The notes: generated from the letters alone by a model not told the origin. 64,000 nucleotides of DNA from Clostridia bacterium (GCA_051866635.1 JBJDXJ010000046.1:31518-95517); one strand, 5' to 3'; positions 28,800-39,870 are shown, counted from the first letter of the stretch. Numbers and translations are program-made.

Positions 28800-29438
28800 A
28801 TGAAAATTGCACTTATTAACGAAAACAGCCAGGCGGCTAAAAACGCTCTTATCGAAGCTACACTTAAGAAGGTTGTTGAACCTCTCGGTCACGAAGTTTT
28901 CAACTATGGTATGTACTCCGCTGAAGATACTGCACAGCTTACATATGTTCAGATTGGTATTCTTGCCGCTATCCTTCTTAACTCCGGTGCGGCTGACCTT
29001 GTAATCACAGGTTGCGGTACAGGTGAAGGTGCTATGCTTGCTTGCAACAGCTTCCCCGGTGTTCTTTGCGGTCATGTTGTTGACCCCACAGATGCTTATC
29101 AGTTCACACAGGTTAACAACGGCAACGCTATTGCTCTTCCCTTTGCAAAGGGTTGGGGCTGGGGTTGCGAATTAAACCTTCAGTATGTATTTGAAAAGCT
29201 CTTTGTTGAAGAATGGGGCGGTGGCTATCCTAAGGAAAGAGCAGTTCCCGAACAGAGAAACAAGAAAATTCTTGACGAAGTTAAGAAGGTTACTCATCAG
29301 GATATGTTCTACATTCTTGAAAACATTGACCAGGACCTTTTAAAGGGTGCAATTGCAGGCGAAAAGTTCCAAGAATTATTCTTCGCTAACTGCAAGTGTG
29401 ACAAGATGGCAGAAGTTATCAAATCCAAGCTTGCATAA
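28800..29438 (+). CDS. RpiB/LacA/LacB family isomerase, long DhuI-like type
   Basis: MKIALINENSQAAKN, TGCGTGEGAM, GWGWGCELNL, GGGYP; own promoter TTGACA-17 nt-TAAAAT at 28738-28766. Confidence 0.88.
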   Translation: MKIALINENSQAAKNALIEATLKKVVEPLGHEVFNYGMYSAEDTAQLTYVQIGILAAILLNSGAADLVITGCGTGEGAMLACNSFPGVLCGHVVDPTDAYQFTQVNNGNAIALPFAKGWGWGCELNLQYVFEKLFVEEWGGGYPKERAVPEQRNKKILDEVKKVTHQDMFYILENIDQDLLKGAIAGEKFQELFFANCKCDKMAEVIKSKLA

Positions 29439-29454
29439 ATAAAGCACAATAGAA

Positions 29455-29490
29455 AAAACCTTTGCAGATAAAACTGCAAAGGTTTTTCTT
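29455..29490 (+). terminator. Intrinsic terminator
   Basis: AAAACCTTTGCAG-ATAAAA-CTGCAAAGGTTTTT. Confidence 0.75.
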
Positions 29491-29662
29491 TTTACATTAT
29501 AGGAAATTTTTGATTTCCCATAATGTAAAAAAATTTTGATTTTATTGCCGTACGAGAATTTCCTCGCAAAGAGGAAAACGCACATGGCGTAACAAAGTGT
29601 TTTCTCCTCTGTTCATTTTAGAGGCAAATATTGCCAAAAGCGAGGAGACACTTTGTTCTTTA

Positions 29663-30880
29663 TTATTCCCTTATTTCTCCTGCCCATTTAAAGGCATATT
29701 TCGCAATTAACACAGCAATGATTTCATTTATAATAGCCGCCGCAACAATAGTGCCCGATATAACTGATGCTGAAGAAGGGTCTACTCTGTTCAAGGTTGT
29801 TACCGCTATTCCCGTAAAAACAAGGGAAACACCTGAATGAGGCAAAAGTGTCAAACCAAGGTATTTTGTAACCGTGGGTTCTGCTTTTGTTATTTTTCCG
29901 CCCAGATACGCACCGCCTATTTTACCTAAAGCACGGGAAATAATATACGTTGCCGTAAACACCCCTGCTCCGGCAATAAGTCTGTAGTCCAAGGGCATAC
30001 CCAGGTTGGCAATGACCACAACTAAAGAAAGGCTAAGCAAAGGGTTGTACAAAGACAATATGTTTTCGGTTTTATCTTCCGGCATAAGATTAACCGCAGT
30101 TCCACTGTATGCCATACCAATCAGCAAATAATTAAGGGTAAATGAACCGTAAACTTTTAAATCTATTAAAAGTCCCATAGCTCCCGATAAAATCAAAAAG
30201 GAAACAAACACCATAAAGCAGGGAATTTTTTTGTTAATCCTATTAATTATAAACGATGCAATTATACCGCTTATAATACCGATTACAAAGGGTATAACTA
30301 CTATACCTATAACCGAAGCTAACGAGGTATTGGCATTTCCGCCTGTTCCTTCCACAATAGAAATCACCGTAAAGAACACAATCACACCGATAACATCGTC
30401 AATTGCCGCCAAAGGGATAAGAGTGTTTGTTACCGCTCCACGTGTCTTGTACTCGTTCACAATGGACAATGCCGGTGCCGGAGCTGTTGCCAGAGCAATG
30501 CCGCCAAAAATAAAAGCGAGATACACAGGCAAACCACAAACTGCCAACACAACAGAAAATACAAGGCTTACGAATAAGAATGTTCCTATGGACTGAATAA
30601 AGGTTATCCCTATAATCTGTTTTCCCGAGGATGCAAGTTTTTTCAGTATTATTTCCCTGCCTATCATAACACCTGCAATGGCCTCAAAAAACTTAATTAC
30701 AATTTTGTACCATACTGCATCAGTAATATCCAAAGTAACGACTTGTGCCAAATATGGTCCAAATACTATACCTGCAACAAGCCATCCCAATATTGCCGGA
30801 AGATGCAGCTTAGCTGAAAGTTTTCCACATATTATTGCCGTACATATAAGTGCAAAAACTCTCAATATTGAAATAATCAT
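29663..30880 (-). CDS. Cation:proton antiporter (second homolog)
   Basis: LATAPAPAL, AAIDDVIG, LLPHSGVS motifs; polytopic. Confidence 0.88.
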   Translation of the reverse strand: MIISILRVFALICTAIICGKLSAKLHLPAILGWLVAGIVFGPYLAQVVTLDITDAVWYKIVIKFFEAIAGVMIGREIILKKLASSGKQIIGITFIQSIGTFLFVSLVFSVVLAVCGLPVYLAFIFGGIALATAPAPALSIVNEYKTRGAVTNTLIPLAAIDDVIGVIVFFTVISIVEGTGGNANTSLASVIGIVVIPFVIGIISGIIASFIINRINKKIPCFMVFVSFLILSGAMGLLIDLKVYGSFTLNYLLIGMAYSGTAVNLMPEDKTENILSLYNPLLSLSLVVVIANLGMPLDYRLIAGAGVFTATYIISRALGKIGGAYLGGKITKAEPTVTKYLGLTLLPHSGVSLVFTGIAVTTLNRVDPSSASVISGTIVAAAIINEIIAVLIAKYAFKWAGEIRE

Positions 30881-30908
30881 AATACTTTCACCAGCTTTTT
30901 AACTACTT

Positions 30909-31469
30909 TTACTCTGTAACGTCTTCTCCCAACCAGTCGTAGTAGAAGTAGCCGTTATCATCATTTAATTCGTTAATATATTCATTCCCGCTTTCGCCCT
31001 TGAAATAGAACACATCATTTTCAATCTGTTCTACCTCTACAATAGTGTCTTGAAACAGATTAAGCTGTCTGCCTTCAACCATATCAATCTTATAGGTAAT
31101 CATGTTTCCGACCTTATTGTCTTCGCTTTGGTAATAAATCCATCTGCCCTTTGCCCCAATAATTTCACCGTTGCCGAATTTATGAATTTTCTTACCGTCT
31201 AAAGTAATCTGCATTGCACCGTCTGTGGTGTTAACATACAAATATTCACCAAGTGCGAAAAGGTTATAGTTTTTAATGTTGTCAAATTCACAGATAATTT
31301 CGTTATCCCGTGTGACATAGTTGTTTTCAATTGTGTATACACTGCCGCCTTTTGTTACCTGCCATGTACCATTGCCGATAATTTCTTCATTTTCGTCTAA
31401 GTTAACACCGCAAGATGCAAATGAAAGGCACAAACACATCATAAGAATTACAGATATAAATTTTTTCAC
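30909..31469 (-). CDS. Hypothetical lipoprotein (beta-rich)
   Basis: Signal peptide with lipobox FASC; closely follows the UPF0182 gene. Confidence 0.7.
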   Translation of the reverse strand: MKKFISVILMMCLCLSFASCGVNLDENEEIIGNGTWQVTKGGSVYTIENNYVTRDNEIICEFDNIKNYNLFALGEYLYVNTTDGAMQITLDGKKIHKFGNGEIIGAKGRWIYYQSEDNKVGNMITYKIDMVEGRQLNLFQDTIVEVEQIENDVFYFKGESGNEYINELNDDNGYFYYDWLGEDVTE

Positions 31470-31473
31470 TCTA

Positions 31474-34134
31474 TTACCTCATTTCACCAATTGCCAAGTC
31501 CATTTCGCCCATGGCATCACCAAAGGCTGACCAATCGCCGTTTTTAAACGCACTTTGCATTTTATCATAAGCTTCAATAACCTTTTCTGCCGCAGATTGT
31601 GCAATCTCCACATCTGTATTTGTAACAGGAGGCGTAACTTCACCTGATGCATCAGAACCGAAAAGCACATTGAAACATTCATCCAAAGTTTCTCGCATTA
31701 CAATTTGGTCGCCGTAGGATACTATTATACGCTTAACCTCTGGTACAGCCGCATTATTTGATGTTGTTATATATACAGGTTCAACATAAATTATAGAATC
31801 TGCAATAGGTATAACAAGCACATTTCCTCTTAACACCTGACTTCCGCCCTGATTCCAAAGGGATAATTCCTTTGAAATATCAGCATCCGCATCAATACGG
31901 TTTTCAATATGAAGGGTACCGTAAACTGTTCTTCCCGAGGGGAATTTATAGCTTATAAGGTTGCCGTAACTGTCTGCCGCAAGCCATCCCACAAGATTTT
32001 CCTTATTTGCCGGCACAAAAGGCATCATAAGCACAAGCTGGGCACCGTCTCTGCCGAAATCTTCAACTGACAGAAGATTATAATAAGGCTGAACATCAAC
32101 GGCATTTTCGCCACGGTACTTTTCCTTTGCACGCATCCACAAATCGGAGTTTGAGTAGAATATTTCAGGGTCGTTCATATGATAGCGAAGGTATACTTCA
32201 CTTTGCAAGTTAAATATATATTCGGGATAGCGGATATGACTTTGTAAATCTTTCGGAAGTCCTCCCTTTTCAAATACGCCGGGATATATCTTGTCATATG
32301 TCATAACCACACAATCGGTTTCATCAGTTATATAAACCTTGACTGTACCTTCGTATGCATCTACAACAGCCTTTGCACTGTTACGGATATAATTTACACC
32401 ACCGTAGTTTTTAGAATAGGGCATATTTCGTGAATATGTGTACAAATCAACAACCCATACAAGCTTGCCTTCATCTGTTATAAGAATATAAGGGTCAGAG
32501 TCAATTGCCATAAAGGGAACTGCCTTATTTACTCTTTCAAGTATATTTCTGTTTGTAAGAAGTCTGCTGGAGGAGTTTATATAACCTGATACAAGCATTG
32601 TGTAATCAGCGTATTTTGCACTAAAAAGCAAACGGTTGAACATATTCATTTCAATGCCGGACTTTTCGCCTTCATAGTTTGCTTCCACGTTTTCGTTATT
32701 AAGTGCATAGTCAAACTCGTCAATATCTGTATTAACTATACAGTAATTATTTGTTTTTTCACCGTAATAAATTCTCGGCTGAGTTACATTTGGTGCACCC
32801 GAGACACTTGAAATAGGCATATCGCCTATTATAAAGTCAGGCTGGCCTTCCCTGTTCACGCTGTTTACCGCATTCATGGTAATACCGTAGCCGTGTGTAT
32901 ATTTGAAGGTTCGGTTAATGTAATTATTTGCATTTGTGTCAAGCTTTGTCACATCCATTTCACGGACCGCAACATTGACTGCTGTATTTTTTCCGTCTAC
33001 TTCATATTCCACAATATCGGAATCGTTAAACACGTAATAATTACGAATACTCTTTGTGGAGTTTAACACATCCTCTGTGGCACGTGGGTCTGTGATTCGT
33101 ATATTGTTTATTATGTCGCTTTTTTCGTTTAACACTTCACGTGTCAAATTATTCTCTGCCGGGAATGTCCGTTCAGTAACATTATCAAGCCTAAAGCCGA
33201 TTTTTGTGTACTCAATACTGTTTTTTATATAAGGTGATTCAAGCGTTGTTTCGTTAGGTGATACATGAAGCTCGTCAACACATACAGCCACAATATTCAT
33301 CCCTATAAGAAGTACGGGGAATATGAGAATTGTCACAACAGTCTGTTTAAACTTTTTTGCAAAAAGGAAAATGGATGCCAAAAGGGAAAGTGCAAAAAGT
33401 ATATAAGGTGCCATAGTATAGAATGGCAAACGTATGTTAACATCCACATATCCTGCCCCGGCAAATGTGTGGGACTGGTCCAAAAGAGTGCCCTGACCTT
33501 TGAAATAATAGGTAAAGCCTACTACAACACAAAGGATTATGGCATTTACTGCCAAATGGATAAATACACCGCTGTTTGAAATCACCTGTCCTATTTCCGC
33601 CTTGTCGCCTTTTGCAAGAAGTACAATATATATGATAAGGCTTATTATAACAGCAAGGACAAAGACAGTAATCAAATTATCTGCCGCACTTTGGAGAAAT
33701 TCCCTTTTGAAAAAGTAATAGCTTAAATCAAGATTGAACACAGGGTCTTTTATAGTGCTGTTAACACTGTTTTTAAAAAGAAGGTATTTACCGTAAAGTG
33801 ATTGGGCAAATGCTCCTGCACCTATCACTGCCGGGATAAGAGACAGAGCAAAAATCCACTTTCTTTTAAAAAATGGAATGGTTTCATCCTTTAAAGACAA
33901 AACGTTACGCCTTATGACAAGAAGGTTAATTGCACTTACCCCATAGACAACGGCAAATATTATTATAAACATTTCAACACGGGCAAAAATGTCCACAAAG
34001 AACACCTTTGTATATTCTTTGCCGATTTCCAAAATCTCAAGATATTCCGAATAAAATCCCAAAAACACAATTGAAGCTATAAGAATAACTAAAACTACAC
34101 TCAAAAGTTTAAATAGCCAATGCTTTTTCTTCAT
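31474..34134 (-). CDS. UPF0182 family membrane protein
   Basis: KDPVFNLDLSYYFF, YTHGYG, QPRIYYGE, NYIRNSAK, HIRYPE, RGNVLVIP..YVEPVY. Confidence 0.93.
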   Translation of the reverse strand: MKKKHWLFKLLSVVLVILIASIVFLGFYSEYLEILEIGKEYTKVFFVDIFARVEMFIIIFAVVYGVSAINLLVIRRNVLSLKDETIPFFKRKWIFALSLIPAVIGAGAFAQSLYGKYLLFKNSVNSTIKDPVFNLDLSYYFFKREFLQSAADNLITVFVLAVIISLIIYIVLLAKGDKAEIGQVISNSGVFIHLAVNAIILCVVVGFTYYFKGQGTLLDQSHTFAGAGYVDVNIRLPFYTMAPYILFALSLLASIFLFAKKFKQTVVTILIFPVLLIGMNIVAVCVDELHVSPNETTLESPYIKNSIEYTKIGFRLDNVTERTFPAENNLTREVLNEKSDIINNIRITDPRATEDVLNSTKSIRNYYVFNDSDIVEYEVDGKNTAVNVAVREMDVTKLDTNANNYINRTFKYTHGYGITMNAVNSVNREGQPDFIIGDMPISSVSGAPNVTQPRIYYGEKTNNYCIVNTDIDEFDYALNNENVEANYEGEKSGIEMNMFNRLLFSAKYADYTMLVSGYINSSSRLLTNRNILERVNKAVPFMAIDSDPYILITDEGKLVWVVDLYTYSRNMPYSKNYGGVNYIRNSAKAVVDAYEGTVKVYITDETDCVVMTYDKIYPGVFEKGGLPKDLQSHIRYPEYIFNLQSEVYLRYHMNDPEIFYSNSDLWMRAKEKYRGENAVDVQPYYNLLSVEDFGRDGAQLVLMMPFVPANKENLVGWLAADSYGNLISYKFPSGRTVYGTLHIENRIDADADISKELSLWNQGGSQVLRGNVLVIPIADSIIYVEPVYITTSNNAAVPEVKRIIVSYGDQIVMRETLDECFNVLFGSDASGEVTPPVTNTDVEIAQSAAEKVIEAYDKMQSAFKNGDWSAFGDAMGEMDLAIGEMR

Positions 34135-34155
34135 TATGTTCACTCCCTCTTTATT

Positions 34156-35259
34156 TTAGTAGAACAAGGCGTCTGCAAATTCCTGTGCATTGAATGGTTG
34201 CAAATCGTCAATTCCTTCTCCAACACCTACAAACTTCACGGGTATTCCTAACTTTTCACGTATTGTAATTACAATACCGCCCTTTGCAGTACCGTCCAGC
34301 TTTGTAAGCACTATACCTGTAATCTGTGCCGCATTGTTGAATTCCTCTGCCTGAATGACAGCATTCTGTCCCGTTGTGGCATCAAGAACCAATAAAACTT
34401 CCTTTCTTGCACCGGGAAGCTCACGTTCAATAACCCGGTAAATCTTTTTAAGTTCGTCCATAAGGTTTTTCTTGTTGTGTAATCTTCCTGCCGTATCGCA
34501 GATAAGGACATCTGCACCCTTTTGTCTGGCACTTACACAGCCGTCAAAAATAACTGCCGCAGGGTCTGCTCCCTCCTGCAGGCGGACTATCCTTACATCG
34601 TTTCTCTCTGCCCAAATCTCCAGCTGGTCTGCCGCCGCCGCACGGAAGGTATCTGCCGCCGCAAGTACAACCTCCTTGCCTTCAGCCTTAAGCTTTGATG
34701 CCAATTTGCCGATTGTTGTGGTTTTACCTACACCGTTAACGCCTATAACCAAAATTACAGTGGGCTTTGTGTCAAGCATAAGTTTACAAGAGTCACTTTC
34801 AAGTATTTCTGCAACAATATCACGAAGCTCTTTTTTAACCTCTTCTTCCTCGTGAAGGTGCTTTTCCTTAACTCTTTGGCGAAGTCTTTCAACAATTTCA
34901 ATACTTGTTGTCATACCTATATCGGCTAAAATCAAGGCTTCTTCAAGTTCTTCGTAAAATTCATCGTCAATTTTTTTGAATGATTTAAAAACATCATTAA
35001 CCTTGTCGGAAATTGATTCTCTTGTCTTATCCAAGCCACTGCGGAGACGGGCAAAAAAGCCCTTCTTTTCTTTTGGTTCTTCTTCAATTTCTTCTGCGGT
35101 TTCTTTAATTTCTTCTATAACTTCTTCAATTTTTTCTTCTGCCGCTTCCTTAATTTCTTCTACAGCTTCTTCAATTTCCTCCTCAATTTCTTCTACTGTC
35201 TCCCTGATTTCTTCTACAGCTTCTTGTACTTCTTCTTTCTTTTTCTTCCAAAAAAGCAT
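34156..35259 (-). CDS. ftsY: Signal recognition particle receptor FtsY
   Basis: Acidic N-terminal repeats, GVNGVGKTT, DTFRAAA, DTAGR, TKLDGTAKGG. Confidence 0.97.
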   Translation of the reverse strand: MLFWKKKKEEVQEAVEEIRETVEEIEEEIEEAVEEIKEAAEEKIEEVIEEIKETAEEIEEEPKEKKGFFARLRSGLDKTRESISDKVNDVFKSFKKIDDEFYEELEEALILADIGMTTSIEIVERLRQRVKEKHLHEEEEVKKELRDIVAEILESDSCKLMLDTKPTVILVIGVNGVGKTTTIGKLASKLKAEGKEVVLAAADTFRAAAADQLEIWAERNDVRIVRLQEGADPAAVIFDGCVSARQKGADVLICDTAGRLHNKKNLMDELKKIYRVIERELPGARKEVLLVLDATTGQNAVIQAEEFNNAAQITGIVLTKLDGTAKGGIVITIREKLGIPVKFVGVGEGIDDLQPFNAQEFADALFY

Positions 35260-35274
35260 CTGAATCATCCTTTC

Positions 35275-38200
35275 TTAAACTTCCTCATATTCTTTTACAT
35301 CCTGAAGTGACATGGATAAAAGTTTACTTACACCCTTTTCCTGCATTGTTACACCGTAAAGCAAATCGGCAGATTCCATTGTTCCTCGGCGATGTGTAAT
35401 AACGATAAACTGTGTTGTATCTGTGCGATTACGCATATAATTTGCAAAACGGTAAACATTTATATCGTCAAGCGCCGCTTCGATTTCGTCAAGCACAACA
35501 AAGGGAGACGGTGACACCTTCATAAGTGCAAAGAGCAGTGCAATTGCAGTAAGTGCCCTTTCACCACCTGACAAAAGGTTTATTGACAAAAGCTTCTTGC
35601 CCGGAGGCTGAACGTCTATTTCAATACCGCTTTCCAGTATGTTTTCCTTGTCCATAAGTGAAACAGAAGCCTTACCGCCGCCGAAAAGCTCTATAAATAT
35701 TTCTCCGAAATACTTATTTATAACAACAAACTTTTCTTGGAATATGTCCTTCATGACAACAGTGATTTCACGTATCAGCTTTTCAAGGGAAGTTTTTCCT
35801 TCCTCCAAATCCTTCACCTGAGAAGATAAAAATTCATAGCGTTCCTTAACTGAGTTATATTCTTCAATAGCATCAACGTTTACGTTGCCCAGTGCCCTTA
35901 TGTAGCCCTTTAATGAAGCAATCTTCTTCTGTGCCTCCTGAATTGATTCAATAGGTACATAACATTCCTTTGCGGCAGAGTATGACAGTTCATATTCGTC
36001 CCACAGCCTGTTGACTGCATTTTCAATATTATAGTCAATCTTGCTCTTCCCGCTTTCAAGTCTTACATTTTCATTCTGAAGGGCATATATGGTGTCGTTA
36101 AGTTTTCTTATAATTTCCCTTAACTCGCCCACTCTTTCATCGGTACCTGTTTTACCCTGTGCCGAGGCAATAAGCTTTCCTTCAATATCTTCAATTTCAA
36201 GTTTCAAAGCATCCTTATCTTTTTCAATGCCTGTTATAACTTCCTTAGTATTTACAATATTCTGCTCAATTGCTTTCTTTGCTTTTTCCTTTGCTTCGTT
36301 TTCCAAGTTTATGGCATTAATCCTTGAAATTGTATTTTCCATCTTTTCGGCATTTACGTCAATATCCTTTGTAATGGTTGTAACTTCAAGCCTTTTTTCA
36401 AAAATTCTTGCGGAGAAAGCATCCTTTTTTTCCATTGCAAGAGATAATAAATTCTGCTTTTCGTCTAATTCCCTTTCAGCCTTTTCAAGCTCTGCCTTTG
36501 CACTCTCAATTTCAAGAAGGTAACTACGCTTTAATTCTTCGTTGTTCATTATTTTAAAGGCAATTTCGCTTTTTTCTTTATCAAGACGGTCAAGGCGGTC
36601 TCTTTCTTCTCTAAGTCTTTCATCTACCGCATTTTTTTCCGCCTGGAGACGGGAAAGCACAATATCCTTTTCGGAAAGGGTTCTTCTTAATTCCTCCCTG
36701 TCATAAATAAGATCTTTTGTCTTTTCAGAAAGTGTATCAATTTCATCCTCCGCCTTTTCAGACAAATGAGAAAGTCTTTTAATTTCCTTTTTAAGCTCTT
36801 CTATTTCCTCACCTCTGCCAAGCACACTGCCGGCACGGTTTAAGCTACCGCCTGTAATTGAACCGCCAACCTGAAACACTTCGCCTGTCAGTGTTACAAT
36901 CTTAAACTTGTATTTGTATGCCTTTGCAAGGCGGATTGCGTTGTCCTGATTGTCCGTTACAACAACTCTGCCTAAAAGTGACTGAACAGTATTGTCAAGA
37001 TAGCTTTCCCTTTCAACCAAATCAGCGGCAATTCCTATTACGCCTCTCTCCGACAAAACCTTTGTTTCGTTGTCAAGCCGTCTTTTTTCCTGGCTTGATA
37101 AGGGAAGAAACGTAACTCTGCCCAGCTTATGCTCCTTCAAGTAGTTTACAGCCTCTTTTGCATCCTGCTCGTCAGGCACAACCACATTCTGCATAGCACC
37201 GCCCAGGGCAACCTCTATTGCGGTGCTGTATTCCTTAGGCACAGTAATAAGCTTTGAGAAAATACCCGTAATATTACCTCTGTACCGTCCGTCCTTATGT
37301 GCATTAATCAAGTCCTTAACGCTTCTTTGGTAGCCTTCCAAGGCTCTTTCCATTTCTTCAAGCATTTTAAGTCTGCCCTGTTTTTCACCTATACGGGCAC
37401 TTAACTGATTAAATTCTTCCTTTTTGTCCTCCGTTTGCTTTGAGAAATTTTCAGCATCACTTTGCAACTTTAAAAAGGACTTATTCAACTCAATTTTGTC
37501 CTCACGGGCAACTAAAATATCCTTTTCCAAAAGTGAGGACTGCTCATAAAGCCTTTTTTCATTGTCACGGCTGTTTGTAATGTCAACCTCGATGGAAAAA
37601 CGCCTTGTTTCAATGCCTTCCTTCAATGCATCAAGACTGCTTGTTTTGTTTTCGCCCTCCATAATGGCACGCTCGGAGGCACGTATCCTTGTACGCACTT
37701 CTTCCAATATAACGCCCTTTTTCGCCATATCATCGGAAGCAACGCTTCCTTCCTGTTCCATCTCACTAAGCTCTTTTTGTGTCTTTTCAAGTTTAATTCG
37801 AAGCTCTTCCCCCTCATTTTTTATTTTTTCAAGGTTTAAAAGACTTTCATTTTTAAGTTTTTCGTTTGCATTAATTTCCGCTTCTGAGGTTAATATATTA
37901 TTCTTATAGTTTTCAATATTGTTATTTAAAATCTTCACTTCATTTTCAGCCTGGGAAAACTTTTCCTTTGTGCTGTCAAGAATTTCTCGCAATTCGCTTG
38001 TTTTTTCGTCGTTTTCCTTAAGGAGTGCATAAAGTGCATCGCTTTCCTTTTCGGCTTCTTCAAGATTTTTCTTTTCTCTTTCCAGATCTTCTGCGGCAGT
38101 TTTAATAAGCTCTTCAAATTTTTGAAGCTCTTCACGGTTTTTGTCAATAATATCAACAGATGCACTTACCTCTATGCCTTTAAGCTCTTCACGGTAAGAA

Positions 38201-38847
38201 AGGTACTTTTTCGCCTTTTCGCTCTGCCGCTGCAGTGGCCCTACTCTGCTTTCCAATTCCTGCAATACGTCACGTACCCTCACAAGGTTTTCTTCGGTTT
38301 TTTCAAGCTTTCTTTCTGCCTCATCCTTACGGTGGCGGTATTTTGAAATACCTGCCGCTTCTTCAAATACCTGACGGCGGTTTTCAGCCTTTGCACTGAG
38401 AAGCTCATCAATTTTTCCCTGTCCCACAACACTGTAACCCTCTCTGCCCAAGCCTGTATCCATAAAAAGCTCATGAATATCCTTTAACCTTACCTGTGCA
38501 CCGTTTATAAGATATTCACTTTCACCGCTTCTGAACACACGCCTTGTAACGGCAATTTCATTGTAGTCAGACTGGAAAAAGTGCGTTTCATTGTCCAAAA
38601 CCAAGGTAACCTCCGCAAAGGACATGGGCTTACGTTTTTGCGTGCCGTTGAAGATAACATCCTGCATGTTACCGCTTCTAAGGCTTTTGGCACTCATTTC
38701 GCCCATTACCCAGCGAAGGGCATCGGAAATGTTACTTTTACCTGAACCGTTAGGTCCCACAATGCCCGTAACACCATTACCCACATCTATAGAAATTTTA
38801 TCAGCAAAGGACTTAAAGCCCTGCATCTCTATTCTCTTTAAATACAT
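35275..38847 (-). CDS. smc: Chromosome segregation protein SMC
   Basis: GFKSFAD, GPNGSGKSN, hinge GRVTFLPL, LSGGE, LDEIEAALD. Confidence 0.98.
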   Translation of the reverse strand: MYLKRIEMQGFKSFADKISIDVGNGVTGIVGPNGSGKSNISDALRWVMGEMSAKSLRSGNMQDVIFNGTQKRKPMSFAEVTLVLDNETHFFQSDYNEIAVTRRVFRSGESEYLINGAQVRLKDIHELFMDTGLGREGYSVVGQGKIDELLSAKAENRRQVFEEAAGISKYRHRKDEAERKLEKTEENLVRVRDVLQELESRVGPLQRQSEKAKKYLSYREELKGIEVSASVDIIDKNREELQKFEELIKTAAEDLEREKKNLEEAEKESDALYALLKENDEKTSELREILDSTKEKFSQAENEVKILNNNIENYKNNILTSEAEINANEKLKNESLLNLEKIKNEGEELRIKLEKTQKELSEMEQEGSVASDDMAKKGVILEEVRTRIRASERAIMEGENKTSSLDALKEGIETRRFSIEVDITNSRDNEKRLYEQSSLLEKDILVAREDKIELNKSFLKLQSDAENFSKQTEDKKEEFNQLSARIGEKQGRLKMLEEMERALEGYQRSVKDLINAHKDGRYRGNITGIFSKLITVPKEYSTAIEVALGGAMQNVVVPDEQDAKEAVNYLKEHKLGRVTFLPLSSQEKRRLDNETKVLSERGVIGIAADLVERESYLDNTVQSLLGRVVVTDNQDNAIRLAKAYKYKFKIVTLTGEVFQVGGSITGGSLNRAGSVLGRGEEIEELKKEIKRLSHLSEKAEDEIDTLSEKTKDLIYDREELRRTLSEKDIVLSRLQAEKNAVDERLREERDRLDRLDKEKSEIAFKIMNNEELKRSYLLEIESAKAELEKAERELDEKQNLLSLAMEKKDAFSARIFEKRLEVTTITKDIDVNAEKMENTISRINAINLENEAKEKAKKAIEQNIVNTKEVITGIEKDKDALKLEIEDIEGKLIASAQGKTGTDERVGELREIIRKLNDTIYALQNENVRLESGKSKIDYNIENAVNRLWDEYELSYSAAKECYVPIESIQEAQKKIASLKGYIRALGNVNVDAIEEYNSVKERYEFLSSQVKDLEEGKTSLEKLIREITVVMKDIFQEKFVVINKYFGEIFIELFGGGKASVSLMDKENILESGIEIDVQPPGKKLLSINLLSGGERALTAIALLFALMKVSPSPFVVLDEIEAALDDINVYRFANYMRNRTDTTQFIVITHRRGTMESADLLYGVTMQEKGVSKLLSMSLQDVKEYEEV

Positions 38848-38961
38848 TATTTCACCTACTTGTGTAGTTTTTTCACGTGTATACACTATATCTATATTAT
38901 TATACCTTAAAATCCTACTGATTTCAAGGTATAATTTCTCAGTCACAGCTTAATATATTAT

Positions 38962-39870
38962 TTAGTCTGCACTTTCCAGCAAACGGATATAATGATTTGC
39001 CTCACGCAGAACGTGATCGGCAAGCAATGGCAAAATTACAGACTCTATACTGCAGTTTTGAATACCCATAGCTCCCGCCTGCTTAAAATCCCTAAACCGC
39101 AGTGTTTCCTCAAGGGAAGATTGTTTCAAATCGGACAAAGTCAAATCATTCTGTGTCCGGGCACTTTTTAAAAGAGAGTCATATTCTTCGGCAAAGCTGT
39201 CGGCAGTGTCGATAAGTGCATTTTCAGAGGGGTCTAACAGTCCGCGGATAAACATTGCATGTTCCATCATAATCCTGTTCCAGAAGCGTTCTGTGTCTTT
39301 CATGCAAGTATCGCAAAAAGTGCCGTTTTCAAGTTCGGTTACAAAGCTTCGGTACAGCTTTGCTTCACGTAAAATATGCTCAATCAGAAGAGGATAATTC
39401 ATTGTAAACATATTACAACTGCGTACATTTTTCAGTATACTTTCCTTAAATTCAATAAGAGCGTTTAAAAGCCTCATGGCAGTGCGGTTTAACATGCTGA
39501 CACGGCTGTATAGCAGGGAATTTGGATTGTGAAAATCTCTCCTTCCTTTGAGACGGGCTGTATTACGGGTAATATTGGTGTCAATTCCGATACCTGTAAA
39601 CTGTGCCGTCTGTCTTTCGGCATTAAGGGTAAATTCTGTAATTACTTCCCCTGAGTCGAGAACCTTCTGCCGCACTGTGTTTTGAGCAAGCTGCACCGTT
39701 TCCGCCAGCAGTTTTTCAAATTGCAGTTTAAACCATTCCGCCTTTTTTGCAAAGGAAGCGTTTGGCGGGGTAAAGCCTGCTTCCAAAAACAGAGAATGTT
39801 CCTTCATTATCCTTGCAAAAAACAGATGCAGCTCCAGTGATTGCACAATATATTTATTTTTGTCCATCAT
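38962..39870 (-). CDS. DUF2935 domain protein
   Basis: Repeated FFARIMKEH / FWNRIMMEH and PLLIEHILRE / PLLADHVLRE motifs. Confidence 0.85.
   Translation of the reverse strand: MMDKNKYIVQSLELHLFFARIMKEHSLFLEAGFTPPNASFAKKAEWFKLQFEKLLAETVQLAQNTVRQKVLDSGEVITEFTLNAERQTAQFTGIGIDTNITRNTARLKGRRDFHNPNSLLYSRVSMLNRTAMRLLNALIEFKESILKNVRSCNMFTMNYPLLIEHILREAKLYRSFVTELENGTFCDTCMKDTERFWNRIMMEHAMFIRGLLDPSENALIDTADSFAEEYDSLLKSARTQNDLTLSDLKQSSLEETLRFRDFKQAGAMGIQNCSIESVILPLLADHVLREANHYIRLLESAD

Noticed and set aside
35070-35240. Low-complexity tandem repeat as a novel element
   Set aside because: It encodes the known acidic N-terminal region of FtsY
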